Shown here: in pieces, positions 1 through 13,279 of the stretch
How the letters are laid out: each line of letters begins with the position of its first letter
How positions within the stretch are numbered: the first letter of the stretch is position 1
Assembly: GCA_951406725.2 (NCBI GenBank)
Contig: OX597814.1
Location: 35,216,001 to 35,280,000 of the forward strand
Source of the DNA: Octopus vulgaris
Taxonomy: Eukaryota
DNA length: 64,000 nt
Reading direction: 5' to 3'
Position numbers and translations under genes: made by a program
Notes under the pieces: generated by a model
The model's input: only the letters and a program-made list of their open reading frames with translations
Database searches by the model: none
Told to the model about the DNA's origin: nothing

Positions 1-3000
1 TTTCCCATTTCTCGTTGTGACACTTTTCTCTTAAACTTTAGTGAGATAATCTGTATCATATTTGCAAGCATCTCTCGTAGAAGCTATTACACAATAGCAA
101 AAATGGTTATAATTGTTATTGTTGTAATTTCCATTTTTTTTTTGGTGCGTTTTGTTTATTGTTTTGCATCACACACCAAGTCAATGCTACATTGCTAGGC
201 AGAGCATGACGGAGTGACAAGCATGAATTTGCGTCATGCAGGTGTAAGATGATTATCTACATGGAATACGTAGTTGACATACTTGCATACACAACCTAGC
301 AAACGAGATTTTACGTGATCCTTCACCCTACAAGCGAGAAAGAGAGAAGGAGAGAGGGGGAGAGAAATACACAGACAGAGAGAGAAAGAGAGTCTTGATG
401 ATATTAGCAATTCTAAGAGCTATGTGATGCGTTGTTTAAAGGTGTTTAAATGGCTGTTGTACTGAATAGTCAGAGGAGCTATATTCATAAGAATGTATAC
501 GTAGTGGGGGATGGTATTGAAAGTTTGTGAGAAAAAAAAGCTTAGCAAGTGTTTACAAAGTAGATGGAGAAGAAGAAACAACATATGAATGTTTTTTTCA
601 GCTGAAATACCGCTAAAAGAGACCTCTTGGTTAAGGAAACTTTACGTGTTGGTATAGTGTAGCAACGGAGCAGAAGTTTATTACATGTAACAAGCATTTC
701 AGCATTTGATTCCCTGATGACAAACTTGCAGAATTGCAGGGAAGGTAAAAGCGATTCTGTTGGTGATAAGTGAATATTTCCATAGGAATTGTAAGCAGAT
801 CATAAATTTTACGAGGGACAGCAAATGCGCATATTGAAATTAACCATTATGATCTGTCAAGGACAGTCATGGATGTTTAATATGCAAACTCTTATACTCC
901 TTATATTTCATGTTCCTGTTAAATCAAGTGAGCAGAGTCTGGCTACAGGAGGAGCTTTGACACTGAATAATTCTATAACTTTCAATGTATAACTGATGAG
1001 TATTTCTAACATGGTTACAATGATCATTGTTTTTCATCATTCCTACTATGCCTTCTTCCATTCGTATCAGTATAAAAACTTGCATAAAATGTATCAATAT
1101 ATCTTCACTCTGAAAATAATAACGAGAAATAGGATAAACAAAGCAGATATGAAAAACAATGCAGGAAAGATTATTTGTATTAACATAGCAGCTGATGACT
1201 ATCTGTTAATAAAAGTCTCTTATATAAGTTATTTTTGTTCTAAACACATGGAAATAGCAATCAATGTACTGTTTTTTGTAATGTTATCTTTTATCAGCAT
1301 AAACAAAGATTAATCTCGGATTAGTTTACTTTTGGGCATAGGCATGTTAAAATGTAAATTAATCTATAAAAATCAATGAAGATGCAGAAACAAAGCATTA
1401 AAGACGTTGGGTGTCTCGTTACTATTCAAGACTGTGATTTGAAGAGGTGCTCTCTAAAATTAATCCCTAAAATAATACCATCTTTACTGACCATTTCGAG
1501 AAATCATAACATCTTATCTTGGTAATACTGACAGAGATATTGACAATGAGTTTACTACGCAAATAGTTGTTATAAATCAGTAAAGTTTCAGAAACAAATA
1601 AAGATAAACAAGGAGAATCTAGAATTAATAAAAGCATGCTATAACTAGCTCGAAAGTGTTCTGAATAAAGACAGATGTCAGTTTTGATTTGCGCATAACG
1701 TTTGTTTCTGATAGAAGCCAAAATGCACCTACATTTTCGTGGTGACATCAACAGAGAAGAAGTGAGATTTTTAGATCCTGCGTCAAACTGAAATAGCCAA
1801 AGTTACAGTGAAAATAAAAGCTGTAATATTTAAGTGATAAATATGAAAAAAGAAACTCTCAACATGGAAGAAACAAGATAGTGAAGTTAAATTACGATGA
1901 ATCGGGATTCTAAGAATATACCTGCTTCTATAAGTAAACACCTATTACTGATATCAACGTTGCACCATTCTTCAGAGAACTAAGAAAAAATATGAGCAAA
2001 AGACACACTAAAAAATAGATACAAACGTATTCTATTAAGAGCTGAAGTGATATATATTAGAGATATAAAATAGATAAAGAAGCGTACCACAGATAAATGG
2101 ATAACGTATGAAAAAAAATGAGAAAAAAAATCAATGGATGATAACAGAAAACAACTAATAACTGAACATCACAGAACCTGGTCAAATAATCAAGTATGTA
2201 GCTGTGTTTGTGAATAGTAGTAAGTGCATTCATACCGTGAATAATATTCACGAAGATCTAATTCTATTGATAAAGCGAGATTCACTTTTTGCATAAACGA
2301 TACATTACGTGACATTTGTGCAAGAAAGAACTATGATGCTCTTTGGCACTAAATGTTCACTGATTGCTGAAGCTGGAGAAAATTTAGGATTAAGTGTAAG
2401 TGAAGAGCAACAAACGAACTGACTTATGCATGAAGGAAATACAATTAACATTGAGGTTGTGAGCATGTAATGCATAAGAGTGGTATATATTTTGTATGCT
2501 TTGTATATGTAACGAATGTGCGCGTGTGAATTAATGGTAGAAGTGAGCTAAATTCGAAGGAAACCGATATATAAAAAAAAGTAGAATAAAAGGATTCGTA
2601 TGGATCTGAAAATGGTAGAACCTACACATGACTTTACGTAGGATCAAGATAAAAGGATAAATTCTAGTTGTAGGAGTACCCGATCGAAATCGTTATTAAA
2701 GAAAAATGATATTAAAATGATGCTAGTATTGCCACTGTTTATAGTAGTACTATTGTTGCTCGTGTTATTTCCGGTTTTGGTTTTGTTGCTGCTGTTGTTG
2801 TTGTTAAGCAACAAGACGGGTAAAAGTGATTAGGTGATGGTCTTGGGCTTAGTGGCGGGAGACCCCAGACCCTGGAAAAAAAAAACTTTGATCGTCTTGT
2901 AGTCGAGGGCTCTTTGTTGACGCCCGACACCACTGGGAGGTGGCCCTCGAAGTCACTGGAAATGGAGATCTCCAGGTCCAAATTCTTGAACAGCTGTTGC

Positions 3001-4137
3001 TGCTGTTCTTGCTGTTGCTACTCTTGGTAGTGTTGCTGCTGATGTGGAGCTACTACTAATATTGTTATCGCTGCTGCTGCCGAAATTGATGAGTAGGGCA
3101 AGGAGTAGAAACAGTATGAAGATGAGGATGATGATTACAATTATGATGAGCAGGTGAAGGAAGAGAAGAAAGTATCATTTAGGATACGTTGGTAATCTCA
3201 AACTTGTGAATTAGAAAAATAGAATATTTTCATATTGATACCTTCTCAAAGCATCAATGTTATTAGTCATCTGCTGGAATTGCAAGTCGGAAATCTAAAC
3301 TCGATACGATTAATTTTTTTAAAAATATTTGTTACATCATTCGGCTTAATATAAAATCTATCGTTTGCATAATTTTGAATGATTCGTTTTCAGCTAATAA
3401 GGGTTATTATTGACTAGAATTTTCAAAGGGTCCATTGCACACTTGAGACTTAATTTTACTATGTATTTATTGGTCGATCCTTTGAATGTCTATTTTGACA
3501 AGATTATGTTAACCTATGGTCTTCAAACAAGAAATTGTTTGTTATCCGATATCCTTATTGATAATATTAACAATCTATATCCTATTATGAATGGTCTTAC
3601 AAGAATCGTCCACGATCAACTATTACCTGTGGAAATTCTAATTGGATCACTGGTAATTTTGAACCTTCAAAGAAACATCGATGTGATCTTTTGGACAGAA
3701 CAGAGATGGTAGAAAGAAGAAGAAAATTATTTTATATTGTACTATGCAAAACCATCCATCAGATACCATGGCCAGATTCAACATGTGGATGATGTTAAGG
3801 TACATTGGCTCAACGTTTGTTCAATTGTAACACTCACTTAGATGTTACACTGGAAGGGTAGGACGGGTATCTCACGAAAAAATCTCCAAAAAATTTCCCA
3901 TCGGTGTCGAAACACCCCATTTTCTTGCTAAATTACTTTTTCTTTGTTCCTTGCACAAACAGACGTACCTCACTGCAATGACGATTTGGTACGAAGCAAT
4001 GAGTGATGTTTTACTTGTTTTATTTGACTGAAGAACGTCAACGGAATCATCGATGTGCAGTATTCAGAAAATAATGCACGTCAGTTTATACACCCAAAAG
4101 AGCATGACACATGCTCATACACGTACATACATACATA

Positions 4138-4524
4138 GGTGCAGGAGTGGCTGTGTGGTAAGAAACCTGCTTCCCAACCACTTTCGGGTTCAGTCCCCCC
4201 TACGTGGCATCTTAGGCATGTCACTTCTATAGCCTGGGGCCGGCCAAAGCCGTGTGAGTGGATTTGGTTGACGGAAACTGAAAGAAGCCCGTCGTATATA
4301 TGTGTATATATAGGTGTGTGTCTTTGTGTCTGCGTTTGTTCCCCCATCATCCCTTGATACCCGGTGTTGGCGTATTTATGTCCCCGTAAATTTTGTGGTT
4401 CGGCAAAAGAGAACGATAGAAGTACCACGCTTAAAAAAATAAGTACTTGAGACGAGACATTCGACTAAAAATTCAAGGCCGTGCCCCAGATTGGCCGCAG
4501 TCTAATTACTGAAATAAAAGATAA
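4138..4524 (+). mobile_element. tRNA-derived SINE family A, full length
   Basis: Head GCAGGAGTGGCTGTGTGGTAAG...GGTTCAGTCCC (A/B-box-like), body GGATTTGGT.GACGGAAACTGAAAGAAGCCCGTCG, tail GGCCGCAGTC..TGAAA. Many copies in the window. Confidence 0.9.
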
Positions 4525-5608
4525 CATACACACATACATACAAACATACATGCACATAAATGTATTAGGGAATTTGAAAATACCCTGGCATTCGTTTTTA
4601 TTTTTAAACTTTTACAGACCTAACCGGTTTCATAGATTTCTCTGATTTTCAAAAGGTGAGATAGAAAAACGTGGAACTATGGCTCTCAGAGGAACTTAAA
4701 AAATGCCTTGTTTTTATATCGAGAACGTTTGTACAGAGGCAATTCCCGTTCACATAACCATTTGACAAATTAAATTTAGAGAGCCTTATTTTTGGACTGT
4801 TACTAGAAATGTTCACTCAACCGTGCCAGCCTCAATTTTCGTCACGAAAGAATACAGTCACATGATATTAAGTCACAGACATAGTGGGGAACTACGAAAA
4901 ATTTCTAAAATTACTAATTATGTGATCTTCCTCTACTATATTTGACATAAAATTCAGGGAGCGTTGATTGTTAGATGTTGCTACTAGACATGTCCACTCA
5001 ACTGTAATAGTTTTGACTGACGGCACCAAACATATTGTCATATGATATTAAAGAACGGACGTAGCGGAGAACTTGCAGACGTTTCTAAGCCTGATCCCAT
5101 GACCATCCTCGCTGAAATGAAATTCTTCGAAGTGAGCACCCTTTCTAGACGAAATGGAGTTATCTCCCTTTAAACAATTCGGGTTGCGTACATTTTCCGT
5201 TCACTAGTTAGCAAGTAGGGAAGGATATTTTTCCCTCATGAATATTCTCTAATGAAGGCACGGACAAAACACTTTACTTCTTGAAGTTACCTAGGCCCTG
5301 GATAAGCGAATTTTGGTGGGGTCCTTGCTCTCTCAACCAAATTAGATTCGCATCATCTGCTTCCGTTGAGGCACGCTCCAATCTGTTCTAAGAGCTTCCA
5401 ATTAATCTTGTATCGCGTTCACTCTTCTTTTAAACGCCATATGTAATTGATTAAAGACGTAACGTTGCGCCTCTCTAGGATCTTAAAGTGGACCTGTGGT
5501 TACTTAGTTGCAGCTTAAAGGGGTCAACCGTAGATTCAACATAATTCCGTGTATGTTTTCTTACATCTTCGGTGCTACTACTGTTGTTGTTGCTGCTGTT
5601 GCTGTTGA

Positions 5609-5973
5609 GCGAACGGTCTTCGTCCCAGAGCTCGCAAGATGGGAGAAGTCCGAAACGTGGTCCTTTGCTATTCGTAAGACCCGCAGAAGAGAAAGCAGGT
5701 CAACACCCCACATCGAGAGCATCGACGGATGGATGAATGCACACTCAGGCTCAGCGGTTGCGTAGGAAGTCGGGGACAAGAAACAGGAAGAAAGAGTGAG
5801 AGAAAGTTGTAGCGAAAGAGTACAACAGGGGTCGCCACCACCACACTGCTGGAGCCTCGTAAAGCTTTAGGTATTTTCGCTCAATAAACACACACAACGT
5901 CCGGTCTGGGAATCGAAACCGCGATCCTCCGACCGCAAGTCCGCTGCCCTAACCATTGGGCCATTGCGCCTCC
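5609..5973 (-). mobile_element. tRNA-derived SINE family B (resembles octopus OR-type SINEs), 3' variant 1
   Basis: Head GGAGGCGCAATGGCCCAATGGTTAGGGCAGCGG...GGTTTCGATTCCC with A/B boxes; inserted in (GTT/GCT)n. Confidence 0.88.
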
Positions 5974-5974
5974 A

Positions 5975-6212
5975 CTTGTTGTTGCTGTTGCTATCGATGC
6001 CGTTGCTGCTGTTGATACTGGGCATGTTGTTGTTGCTGTTGCTGTTGTTGCTGGTGTTGCTGTTGCTGCTATCGTTGCTGTTGCTACTGTTAGTACTGCT
6101 GGACATGTTGCTGGTGCCGTTGTTGTTGCTGTTGCTGCTGCCGTCGCTGCCGTCGCTGCTATCACTGACATTGCTGCTGTTATTCCAGATACGTCGCTGG
6201 AGCTGCTGCTGA
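5975..6212. repeat. (GTT/GCT)n degenerate trinucleotide tract
   Basis: Direct reading; source of the poly-L/T/N ORFs. Confidence 0.9.
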
Positions 6213-6779
6213 TGTTATTATTATCACTGACAGACACCACCTCTGCCTCATAGACCACGGCCTCGGAGTTGCTTTGTTAACCCTACATGAGCACCATGTC
6301 TCTGTGCGGGATTTAGTGGCGTTCACTAAAGTCTTTTTTAAAGTGGGCGCAATGCTGAAGTAGACACTTAAATTGTTCCTATTAAATTATCATCCGTGCT
6401 TATGAGAGTGCGTGATTCCTTATCCACTAATCTAAGGAATATCCTTCTCGTGAAAGGTTTTACACTGAGTGAAAAGGGTGGGACAAACCAAATGACTTGA
6501 CAGTAGCGCTTTCTTTTGTCGGTTCTAAGAAGAACTTAATTCACATGCTTATCTCCCTTAGTCTTAAGATGAAAATTGAGACCAAACTCATTGTAATTAA
6601 CTTGTTAGATGTTATGCTCGCAAATCAAAATCTGTCGTATATCAACGCAGCCTCTTACCACCGACCTATGTATTTAAGAACCCGGTGAGGGTTGTCAGTA
6701 AATGGATTTAGAACCTTTTCTCAAAATTAAGACATCTCCTAACGCTTTATTACAACGAGGCTTTGGCAGCCAGTAGGTT

Positions 6780-7250
6780 TAATGACACATCTCTGTTAGG
6801 CTGTGACGTCTTCTCTAATTCCTTTTCAGAAACAACCTTTAAACAACAAACGAAGCTCATTTTGCATCTAGCTCTCGTCATTTCAACCACAGGCAATGGA
6901 TCCGAAATATGGACCTATAACGATTAGATACGAAAAACGTAAGTACTATATCCAAAAGAATCCTCTATAAACCATAAGCATAAAATAACAGAGCTACATC
7001 ATTCGTATTGCAGCCACTTCTCGAAAAAGTTCAAATATACAACTTAGAAGCAGCCAACATCAAACACTGCTATTGTCAATCTGTGTGTCGACTATCCAAC
7101 TACATGTTATGTCATCAGACTTGCCCTCCAGACTCTATACAAAGAATTCAGCACCAACAAAAGTCATCGCAGTTATCATCTGCAACGTTTACATGATGAG
7201 CTCAAACAGACTGCCAGCTTGAAAATTTAGACAGAAGCATTAAATTATTT
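6780..7250 (+). mobile_element. Decayed RTE-clade LINE, C-terminal RT region
   Basis: QTKLILHLALVIST..NGSEIWT...LLEKVQIYNLE resembles RTE TK..VY.A.V.S.LLYGSETWT. Confidence 0.55.
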
Positions 7251-7585
7251 CGTGCACTGCGAAACAGTTAAAATAAGACAGTTGCAGAAGCCAAAAAACT
7301 CCGCTATACTCAGTCGCATTCACCTTCGTTTATCAAGTGAAACTCGTGTGGATGCAATATACAAAAATGAGAAAGAAAACAAGAAATAACGAACGATGAG
7401 ATAGACTGGAAGAAGATTATTTGCATTCATTTTATGTAGATATCTTCCCGATAAAAATCTAGCTGTCATATGGTAGAGTATTTGATCTATTAGTAATGAA
7501 TTTTTCATAGAGAGAATTCCAACCATTTTTCTTTTCTTCGTTGGAATATCAAATGAACAACTTAAACGAATTTCAAAACAGCTTG

Positions 7586-7796
7586 TATCTTTTATCTTTT
7601 ACTTGTTTTATTCATTATTCTGCGACCAGGCTGGGGCATCACGTTGAGGAATTTTAGTCGAATGAATCGACCGCAGTACTTTTTATTAAAGCCCAGTGCT
7701 TATCCAATCGGTTTCTTTAACCGAACTGCTAAGTTATGGAGACACAAACACATCAACATCGTTGGTCAAGCAATGGTCAGGCACAAACTCTCTCTA

Positions 7797-7827
<31 letters not shown>

Positions 7828-7986
7828 TACTTCGGGCTTCTTTCCGTCTATCAAATCCACTTACAAAGCTTTGGTCGGCGCGCGGCTATAGTAGAAGACA
7901 CCTGCTGGAGGTGCTACGCAGTGGAACTGAACCCGGAACCGTGTGGTTGGGAAGCAAACTTCTAACCACATAACCACTCCTGCGCT
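7586..7986 (-). mobile_element. SINE family A
   Basis: Reverse-complement match to 4138-4524 and 14160-14570. Confidence 0.9.
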
Positions 7987-8276
7987 TATAATAGGTGATT
8001 ATTTTATTAACTCCCAGATAAATCAAATTTAAAATGGATTCAAGTGGACTTTGGAGTTCGGTGTAGAATAAAATAATAAAATGTTGTCGACTTAATCATT
8101 TCCACCAGCTTTGATTTATATTCAGTTACACTGAACATGGCAAACCATTGACAACAGTATTCTTTCAATCACTTTATGGACCAGCGCTACGACAGCGTGC
8201 CCCAGAGCTGGCTCATAACCTTGTCAAACTATGTATGTATGTATGTATGTATGTATGTATATATGTATGTATGTAT

Positions 8277-8620
8277 CTAACAAAATTTTGGGAAATATCT
8301 CATCCTGTCTTCATGCAGAACAACTTTTGGGAGCTATCAGCTGTTGGATTATCACTCTCCTTCTTAACAGATGAATGATAACGCGAACAGTTGTTAATAA
8401 TCATGTATGTATGTATGTATGTATGTATGTATGTATGTATGTATGTATGTATGTATGTATGTATGTATGTATGTATGCATGTATGTATGTATCTAACAAA
8501 ATTTTGGGAAATATCTCATCCTGTCTTCATGCAGAACAACTTTTGGGAGCTATCAGCTGTTGGATTATCACTCTCTTTCTTAACAGATGAATGATAATGC
8601 GAACAGTTGTTAATAATCAT
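8277..8620. repeat. 128-bp direct duplication, each copy preceded by (TATG)n
   Basis: 8277-8404 and 8493-8620 differ at 2 positions. Confidence 0.95.
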
Positions 8621-9010
8621 ATTCTTTATACCAGTAAATATTTTTCCTTTTTCAGTGATCCCCAGTATAGCTTCTGTAGAATAAAATATAAGGTTGTTCG
8701 CATTTACTAGTGGCCCTTCACCCTGTAGCCTACAATGTTGTAATTTCCTCCACTAAAGCGTTCGTGCACGTCTAGTATATAAGAAACATTTAACTGACTG
8801 CAATGTTGAACTCAAAATAAGAAGCAGAATAAAGAATAATACTGAATTGATGGACGTTCTACACATGAATCGGTATTCGTAGCAAGGGTATTTAATGAGC
8901 CAGTCTGACAAATTGATGTCTTATTTCTACTGGAATATTCACTGTTTACACTCTGTCATATGAAACTATTGCAGTTTTATAACTTTTTATTGCTTAAAAT
9001 ATTTATATCA

Positions 9011-9400
9011 AATTTTGGCACAAAGCTATCAGGTTTTGAGGGATTGGGAGTCGATTACATCGACACCAGTACTTTACTGGTACTTATTTTATCGAGCCGG
9101 AAAGAACAAAAGGCAAATTTGACCTCAGCGGAATTTGAACTCAGAACGTGGAGACGGGTGAAATTCCGCTATAGATTCCGCGCGGTGTGCTAACGATTCT
9201 GCCTGCTCGCCGCCTTCTATTGTTTAAAATACTTATTTCAGATCTCGGCCCTAGTGTTCACTTGAAGCTTATTTTATCGACCCCCGAGAAGGGATGAAAG
9301 CAAAGTCAACCGCGATGGAATTTGAACTCAACGTAAAGACGAACGAAATATTGCTTAGCATTTCCTCCGACGAGCTGACTATTCTGGCGGCTTGCCACCT
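9011..9400 (-). mobile_element. Two SINE family C copies (9011-9216, 9270-9400)
   Basis: GCGGAATTTGAACTCAGAACG and GCTAACGATTCTGCC..CTCGCCGCC. The first copy is flanked by an imperfect ~23-bp direct repeat. Confidence 0.85.
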
Positions 9401-9689
9401 TTTAATCCCCTCTTTTTTGTGTATATGTGTATGTTTGTGTGTATTAGTGAGTTTGTAAACATGTGTATGACTAGTATCAAATGATACTTCTGTACATGCA
9501 TTTGAATACACAAATAGAATGCTTTATTTTTCTTCTAGAGGCATATCATATTTATTATTTAACAACCACAATTGCTTAATTTATAGTTATGAAAATGTTT
9601 TAAGATGAATACTCACTTATCACAGACGTTATCCTAATTAGTTTTAAAAATTTCATCTGTTATCATGGCAATATTAATCTACAAATGCA

Positions 9690-9871
9690 AGGCAGTGAGC
9701 TGACAGAATCGTTAACACGACCGGGCAAAATGCTTAGCAGCATTTCTTCCGTGTTTACGTTCTGAGTTCAAATTCCGCCGAGGTCGAGTTTGCCTTTCTT
9801 CTTTTCGGGGTCGATAAAATAAGTACTATTTGCGCACTGAGGCCAATTTCCTCGACTTAGACGAACCTCTC
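9690..9871 (+). mobile_element. SINE family C with 18-bp TSD
   Basis: CAATATTAATCT(A/G)CAAAT at 9669-9686 and 9872-9889. Confidence 0.88.
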
Positions 9872-10705
9872 CAATATTAATCTGCAAATATGATGTAATT
9901 AGTATTAACCACAATAAATCAAACTGAGACAGAAACGAACCGTGTTCGACTATTGTCTCAGATTGGTGACTAATAGCATTTTACGGAGAAAATCGGAGTT
10001 CATTGACTTACAAAATTACAGACATGATACTGCCTCGTACGTTTGGGAAGACTGTTTATTTTCTGCTGTTGTCTATCAAAATTTTAGGTTCTGTTGTTGT
10101 CCATCCAAATTTTCATTGCATGCTTGGATGGAAGTGTGTGTTTGTTGTTGTTGCTACTGAAACTATCAATTTAGGTAGATATAACCTGCTAGAATAAATC
10201 ACTCTAAATATCCGACTTATTAAAAAAATATATCTTGCTCATGGTCACATTGAAGTAACCGTAATAAGATCAGAACTTAAAACCATGTGATTAATATAAC
10301 TTTAATATTCTTACAACCATTGTACTTCCTATGATGAGGTAAAATCTTGCATTTTCCTAACGTTTATTATCTCTGGCCATTAATAAATCAGAAATAAATA
10401 AGTGATAGTATGTTCAGAATGCTGCACTCAGTTTAATATAATCAATATATGTAGTTGTGAGAATGTCAGAAGTCGTTAGATAAAAATTTTACTGTGTCAA
10501 TATCTGGAGGATATCACTAAAATTTCTGTTAATAAAATATGTTTTGCTGATATTGCATCTGCCGCTATTTCTTTATTACTTCATATAGTAAAAGACTTAT
10601 CAACAATTATGCTAGACACACGCAGTTTTCGATCTACAGTTACTGCGACAGGATTTCTCTCCTTTAAACTTTGAAATGTTGTGATTCCTTTCCCGTTAAT
10701 GTATA

Positions 10706-11970
10706 CACAGGTGCACCTTACAAAATTAGAATATTGTGAACAAATTGGATATTTGGGGTCAGTTAAGTCAGAGCGTCAAAATTGCAATTGCAGGATCACT
10801 GATCTATTCGCAGTGTTTTGTTGATATTCGATAACATTTATGCTTTCCACGCAGATGGAACATTGAAAATCTAATATCTCAAAATATTAGTGTGATATAT
10901 CAGAACATCCAAAGAATTCCATTACAAAAGAGCAAGTCGGTTGCAAATTGAAAGATGGATAGGGAAAGTAAGAATTAGTATGCCGTTGGAGTTCTTTTCG
11001 TTTTTATTTCCGGAAAAATGCCGTGGTATAGAAGAAACAAACATATGATAATGCTCAATTGTGAGAGAAACTCAGGTTGTCTCGATAGCAGCTTCCACCC
11101 CTACCGTAGAGCTGGGTCGCAAGCTCACCAACATTCTTTTCAAGTATACCCTATGGATTCAATATAGGTCAAGTGAATTCTCTTGCAAGGAAGTACGTCG
11201 ATATAATGTTTAGCGAATTAATCAGTGGTCGGTTGTTTCTGGTCAGTGTGCAGGTGCCAAATCTTATGGAAAGAGTCATTCCGCCGCACGAAATAGCTTG
11301 TTGGATGAGGAAGACGTAATATGCTCCAAAATTTCATGGTATACTTGCATTGAATCTGAATCTGAAGAAATGCGAGGCCTAAAAGTTTGGGTATTACATA
11401 CCTAGCACCATCATTACCTTGCAGTGGACTTCAAAATCTTGTGGAAAATGCCATTTCAACCCTCATCCTAAATATTTGAATTTGGTTTTTGAATAAAATA
11501 CGAAATTAATTTTCCCCAGAAAGTAACAGTTTAGACTATTTTTCTGCTACTTTTTAACTCAAGTCAACCATTTGTGACGCTGCCTGTCTTTAGGCTATAC
11601 ATTTGCCTGTTGTTCGTGGTGGCCATTACATTTACAGGTAATTCTCCCATATTGTTAGACCTACTCCTTTGCAACTTTGCTCTTAAAGTCTCACCGAATA
11701 CTTTTTCGTCAGTCACTTTTTATAGTTTGAGAAATATTAACGTCTGCTTTCATTCCTCTGATGATAATTCAATGACTTCCAATTTATCATATTTTCACAG
11801 CTCTACTGCTCCTACTTTTCAACTTATAATTCATTCAACTACTCATTAGCCCACATTAGTCCGGCAGTTTTATATATACGTTGTAGCAATTATGTCTCTC
11901 ATGATGCTTGTAAAATCTTGCACTTTGCTAATATTACAATATTTTTCTGCATGGAAATTGATGCTTATAT
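10706..11970 (-). mobile_element. Decayed Tc1-family DNA transposon
   Basis: The left end CAGGTGCACCTTACAAAATTAGAATATTGTGAA resembles a Tc1 TIR. Minus translation VYHEILEH..SSNKLF...DLAPAH...ENSLDL.IE matches the Tc1 DDE region (QQDLAPAH / WPANSPDLNPIE). The right boundary is approximate. Confidence 0.75.
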
Positions 11971-13279
11971 ATTAATTGAAATCATTAACAACACATTAAA
12001 ACAACTGTTTCACATAAATATAATTTCAATTTGTAACATATTGCTCTTTAATTTAATTAATAATTATAAGTAGTAGCATAAACACAAACCAAATATTTCA
12101 GTGAATGTTATTGGTCTGAGTATTAAACTGTAACTATTTTATTCATAACTGCAGGATGAAGATCGAAACTGATCTCAGCGGAACATGAACTGAGAACGTA
12201 AATAAATGTAGTTAATTTCCCTAAGGTTGTTTTGTCTGTTATTCTACCGAGTCTGCCATAATTTGTCTAATTAATAACAATGAGAATTTCTTACAAAGAC
12301 AGAAAGCCAGACTTTTCATGGTGATTCGATGGTTGTTTATTTCAAGACCAATACTTGATCGGTACACATTTTATATCGCTACATAATATCGATACAGCAT
12401 TCAACGTCTCTCATTAGGAGTGGTTGAGTATTGAAAGGAAGCAGACAAACTCTATTCAATAAAATTAAGATTACTTTAAACGTTTAAAACATATCTGACA
12501 TCTTTGAAATTGAAGAAGGATTATATGGAAGCAAAAATCTATTAAATAATGTGTGTGTGGAGCGTTGGGGGTGTAAGGGGGCGCCGAAAATGTCATTAAT
12601 AAATTTTAGGGTTGGTACATGGTATAGCTCATTTTAAAAGCCACTCTGCACAATTAGCATTCGATAATAATAAGTACAAGCCGCACAGCAGTCTCTGTAC
12701 AAATACCATCGAATGACATAACGCAACCCACGCAACAAATACTCAGTAATACAGAAACAAGGGTGCACATTTATTATCGACTCAAATGGGGGATCGAATT
12801 CAAACTTGGTGGTATTTACATTCATATTGGAAAGGGAGGTAACTAAATACTTCATGGTGCTTTGTCTAGTAATTTACAGTTACTTACACACTGAATCTTT
12901 CGAGATAAAGGGCGGAATTAAAAACAAAGAAAACATATCTAAAGCTTGAGATCAGTTTTTTAAAGAACTAGATTACAATTTTGTACATTTGGTCATTGAT
13001 CCTTATACACATATCAACGATAGAGTTACAGTGGAAACGGAACGATTAGTTGGGATCTAGCTCCCTTCGGAGATTAGTGGAATTGCTGTCATGGTAAACA
13101 ATGATAGCAATTCCACTAAACTCCACTGTAGAGATCTAACCATGCCGTTGCGATCTCTGTTTCTGTTTGCCTAAACCTTCATTCATTCATTTTTTTCTTA
13201 TTTGCTTTTTCAGTAAGAAACCCTTCAGTTGGTTCTCACATATGGTCACAATTCATATTTACCTGTAGCACCTGTAGTG

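Noticed and set aside
710-1200. Isolated CTGATGA boxes (715, 993, 1192; also 11757, 38008, 48900, and minus 48004)
   Set aside because: No downstream stem II/GAAA/stem I pairing; expected by chance.
1500-2700. A-rich tract with faint LINE endonuclease-like residues (also 400-900, 40450-41640, 57790-58240)
   Set aside because: Probably ancient retroelement debris, but motifs are too eroded to assign without an HMM search.
5867-6258. Poly-Leu/Asn/Thr ORFs resembling a signal peptide or antifreeze-like protein
   Set aside because: They arise from a (GTT/GCT)n tract plus the adjacent SINE head.
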